From Cycas panzhihuaensis (taxonomy: Eukaryota; Plantae; Cycadophyta), in NCBI GenBank assembly GCA_023213395.1, contig CM041465.1, forward strand, positions 138,081,741 to 138,145,740: a DNA stretch of 64,000 nucleotides. The letters are read 5' to 3'. The notes beneath the pieces are model-generated. The model worked only from the letters and a program-made list of their open reading frames with translations. It was not told where the DNA came from and searched no databases. This document shows, piece after piece, positions 61,529 through 64,000 of the stretch (the first letter of the stretch is position 1; every line of letters starts with the position of its first letter). The position numbers and the translations under genes are program-made.

Positions 61529-64000
61529 TATTTCCCAGCTACTGGGAATGGACTCGAGACGCATCGGCACAGGTTTGTTAAGGTATATTCTCTTACTTTT
61601 CCGGTTTTGGTATGATTAAAGTTATTCAGAATAGTTTGTTTGACATATGCCTGCCTGCATGCATTTGCTTGTCTGCTTGCTCATAATGCATGTGCCTAAT
61701 GCCGCCTTGACTATGACTCACCGGGGCCATTCCTCGTGAATGTTACACCGTATGGCGTCTGACCACCCATGGTGTCTCCACAGTTTCTCGGGATCGTTTC
61801 TGCCAGTTTACTTATTCTTGCTGTGGCATTTCTTTTGTGTTGCCATCCTTTCTAAGTCAAACTCGATTCTTAGTTAGGACTTTTTGGGTTGTTTTGGGTA
61901 CTTGCCCACTACCTGGGCCTTCCCCCAACTGATTTGCCTCATGATTAGCTTCAGTTTTTGCCTTAAAACCTAATTTTATTGCCTATTTTTCTCTTTTTTT
62001 AGTTTCGGTACGTCTGCGGTAAACTAAGTGAGTCTGCATGAGTTTGCGTGATGCTTGAGATTCTTGGTAATGCAGTTCAAAATTTAAAAAGAGAACCATC
62101 TCGATTTACGCATTTTTCACTGGCTAACTGCGTGGCTCCGTACGATTGGAGGTGCCCCAACGTCCCCAACGTTCACTTGTTGTGAACAAGAGATATAGGG
62201 ATTTTTTTTTCCATTTTGGGGCATCTTTTGGCTCATTTTTTGAAACTTCTAAGAGAAACTTTCAACCATCATACAAGGAAAAGACACAGAAATCAGAGGA
62301 CTTCTGTCGGCGGTTAGGCCGGAGGTGAAGTGGTGCCATCTGGTTGTAGGGTCATTGCTACCGCCTACTGCTCTCCACAACAAGCTCCATTTTTCCCTAC
62401 AAGTGCTCAAGGATCCAAGAGATTTCTTCACTCAAAAGGCTACTCTAAGGATCAACTTTCAGCTCCCAACTTGCATGGAGTTTCTTCCATCTACACTCTT
62501 GCAAGAATCACTCAAAACCAACCCCTAGACATTGTTTGTTGCTGCTGCTCCAAGTGGCAAAGTGCATGCATAACCTTCTCATCCAAGGTACTTCTTGTTT
62601 CTTATTTTTTTCTTGCTTTTTGTTTTCTACTTGCTAACTCATTTCACTCACTTGCATTCACTTTCTTTGCTATTTCCCTTGTTGTTCAATGAAAGTGATC
62701 TTAGCTAGTTATGGCCCTCCCATAGGGTTGCTCTAGATTTAGAAGTATTTTCCTATGTTTCTTTAGGACCGATCCATTTCCCCTAAGCTATCTCTTTCAC
62801 CTTTTCCTGAGTCAGTCGGTGTAAAGAGGTTCATACGAGTGTTTGAGGGAGGTAGGCGGGGTTCCGTCCCCCATTGCTGTCCTTCTCCCCAAGGGTTCTG
62901 TCCCTTGTCCTCTTCTCCTTTACTATCCATGCTTTCTTAGGGAACAGGGCTAGGGAAGTCTAAGGGATTTAGTTTGAGCTTTCCGTTTGGTATAGGTAAC
63001 CCATCACTACCCGTCTCCATCTTGTTACCCGCTAGTTTTCCCTTCCCGAAACTCTGTGGAGACCTCCCGTGGGTGAGTTAGCCATCCCGAGGCTATACTC
63101 AGTTCCATTTAGCATGTTTTATGGTACATGACGGTGTGAATGTTTCTTGTACACTTTTGTTTCATTTTGCTACGTCCTAATGCATAGCTTGAGTTATTTA
63201 GCTTAGTTGATTTCGTTTACATACATATACATATATCTTTGCCATACTCTGTAGCCTCTCTCCTGAAAGGAAGGTGCTCTCTACACTTGTTTGCAGGATC
63301 GCGTTGGAGGAAGTGGTGCGTGAGACAAACCCGCTGCCAGTTAGCTCCCACACAGTATTTCTCTTCTTTAGTTTCGAGTTCCTTTTTTGTCCTTTCATTT
63401 TATCTAGTTCTTGCATGCTCAAGGGGAGATAAGTGAACCCCCTTTACCACTGCCGACTGACATTGCATGCGCAGAGAAAGGAGGGAAGGAGCGCAACCTA
63501 GAGGGAGAAGCTGTACTTCTACTCGAATGCTGGATCTAGGTATTCCTCTCATTTCGTTCGTGTTTTCCTTTTACGCTATTGTTGTCTTTTCTTTCGTTTG
63601 TCGAAATAGATAAGAAAAGATAAAGGAACATAAAGAAAAAGGAAAATAATCTTTTATTTACATTTACTTTCTTGCATTGTTTCCTTGCTTTACATAGCGT
63701 AGGTATAGAAGACCCGTTTATATTGTACCCCTCAACCACACCTTGCTTCACACCCGTTACACGTTAGATTTGTTGCCCCCTCGTTGCCTTCTCATTACCT
63801 TGAGAAGCGCCTTGTGAGTTCCCTTTCCTTCCCGGCCATCCGAAGGGTAGGAAGGTCTCGTTTTTGCACGGCTGCCTGGAAGCAACCAGGCACCTTGCAG
63901 CCCCCGAACCTATGCTCCGGCGCACGGACGTCCTGCGAGGTGAGATCCCCGCTACCTAGCCTAGTTAGTGTAGTTTTTATATTCCTTTGCTAGACGTAGG
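61529..64000 (+). mobile_element. LTR of a related-subfamily Tat element inserted in the 3' LTR (about 25 bp short of its end at the window edge)
   Basis: Restarts at TATTTCCCAGCTACTGGGAATGGACTCGAG and is colinear with the whole 5' LTR up to TAGACGTAGG (=48648-48657), but is visibly more diverged than 60422-61528. Confidence 0.85.

Overview
This is an AT-rich plant nuclear window, most likely gymnosperm-like (inference from the element types), made almost entirely of nested retrotransposons. The only host gene is the 5' end of an LRR receptor-like protein/kinase on the minus strand at 1-278, which the ORF track misses. From about 2.5 to 35.5 kb there is a nested stack. An old minus-strand Copia (C) was split in its protease region by two LTR elements that landed about 40 bp apart. 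The first, Copia A1 (5708-17451), contains a 5'-truncated L1 LINE and an odd solo LTR. The second, element B (17499-35018), contains Copia A2 and a full-length L1 that in turn holds a solo LTR. From 38 to 46 kb are decayed Gypsy fragments. From 46165 to the end is a comparatively well-preserved Tat-type Gypsy with 2.5-kb LTRs. Its pol RNase H lacks the first catalytic Asp, and its 3' region carries an antisense, apparently spliced Plant Mobile Domain (PMD) gene head-to-head with a free-standing archaeal-type RNase H ORF 4.2 kb downstream of integrase; this is the best candidate for an unusual system. Many frameshifts in the younger elements look like CAG>CG-type long-read errors rather than real decay. 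All calls come from reading motifs by eye; no searches were run.
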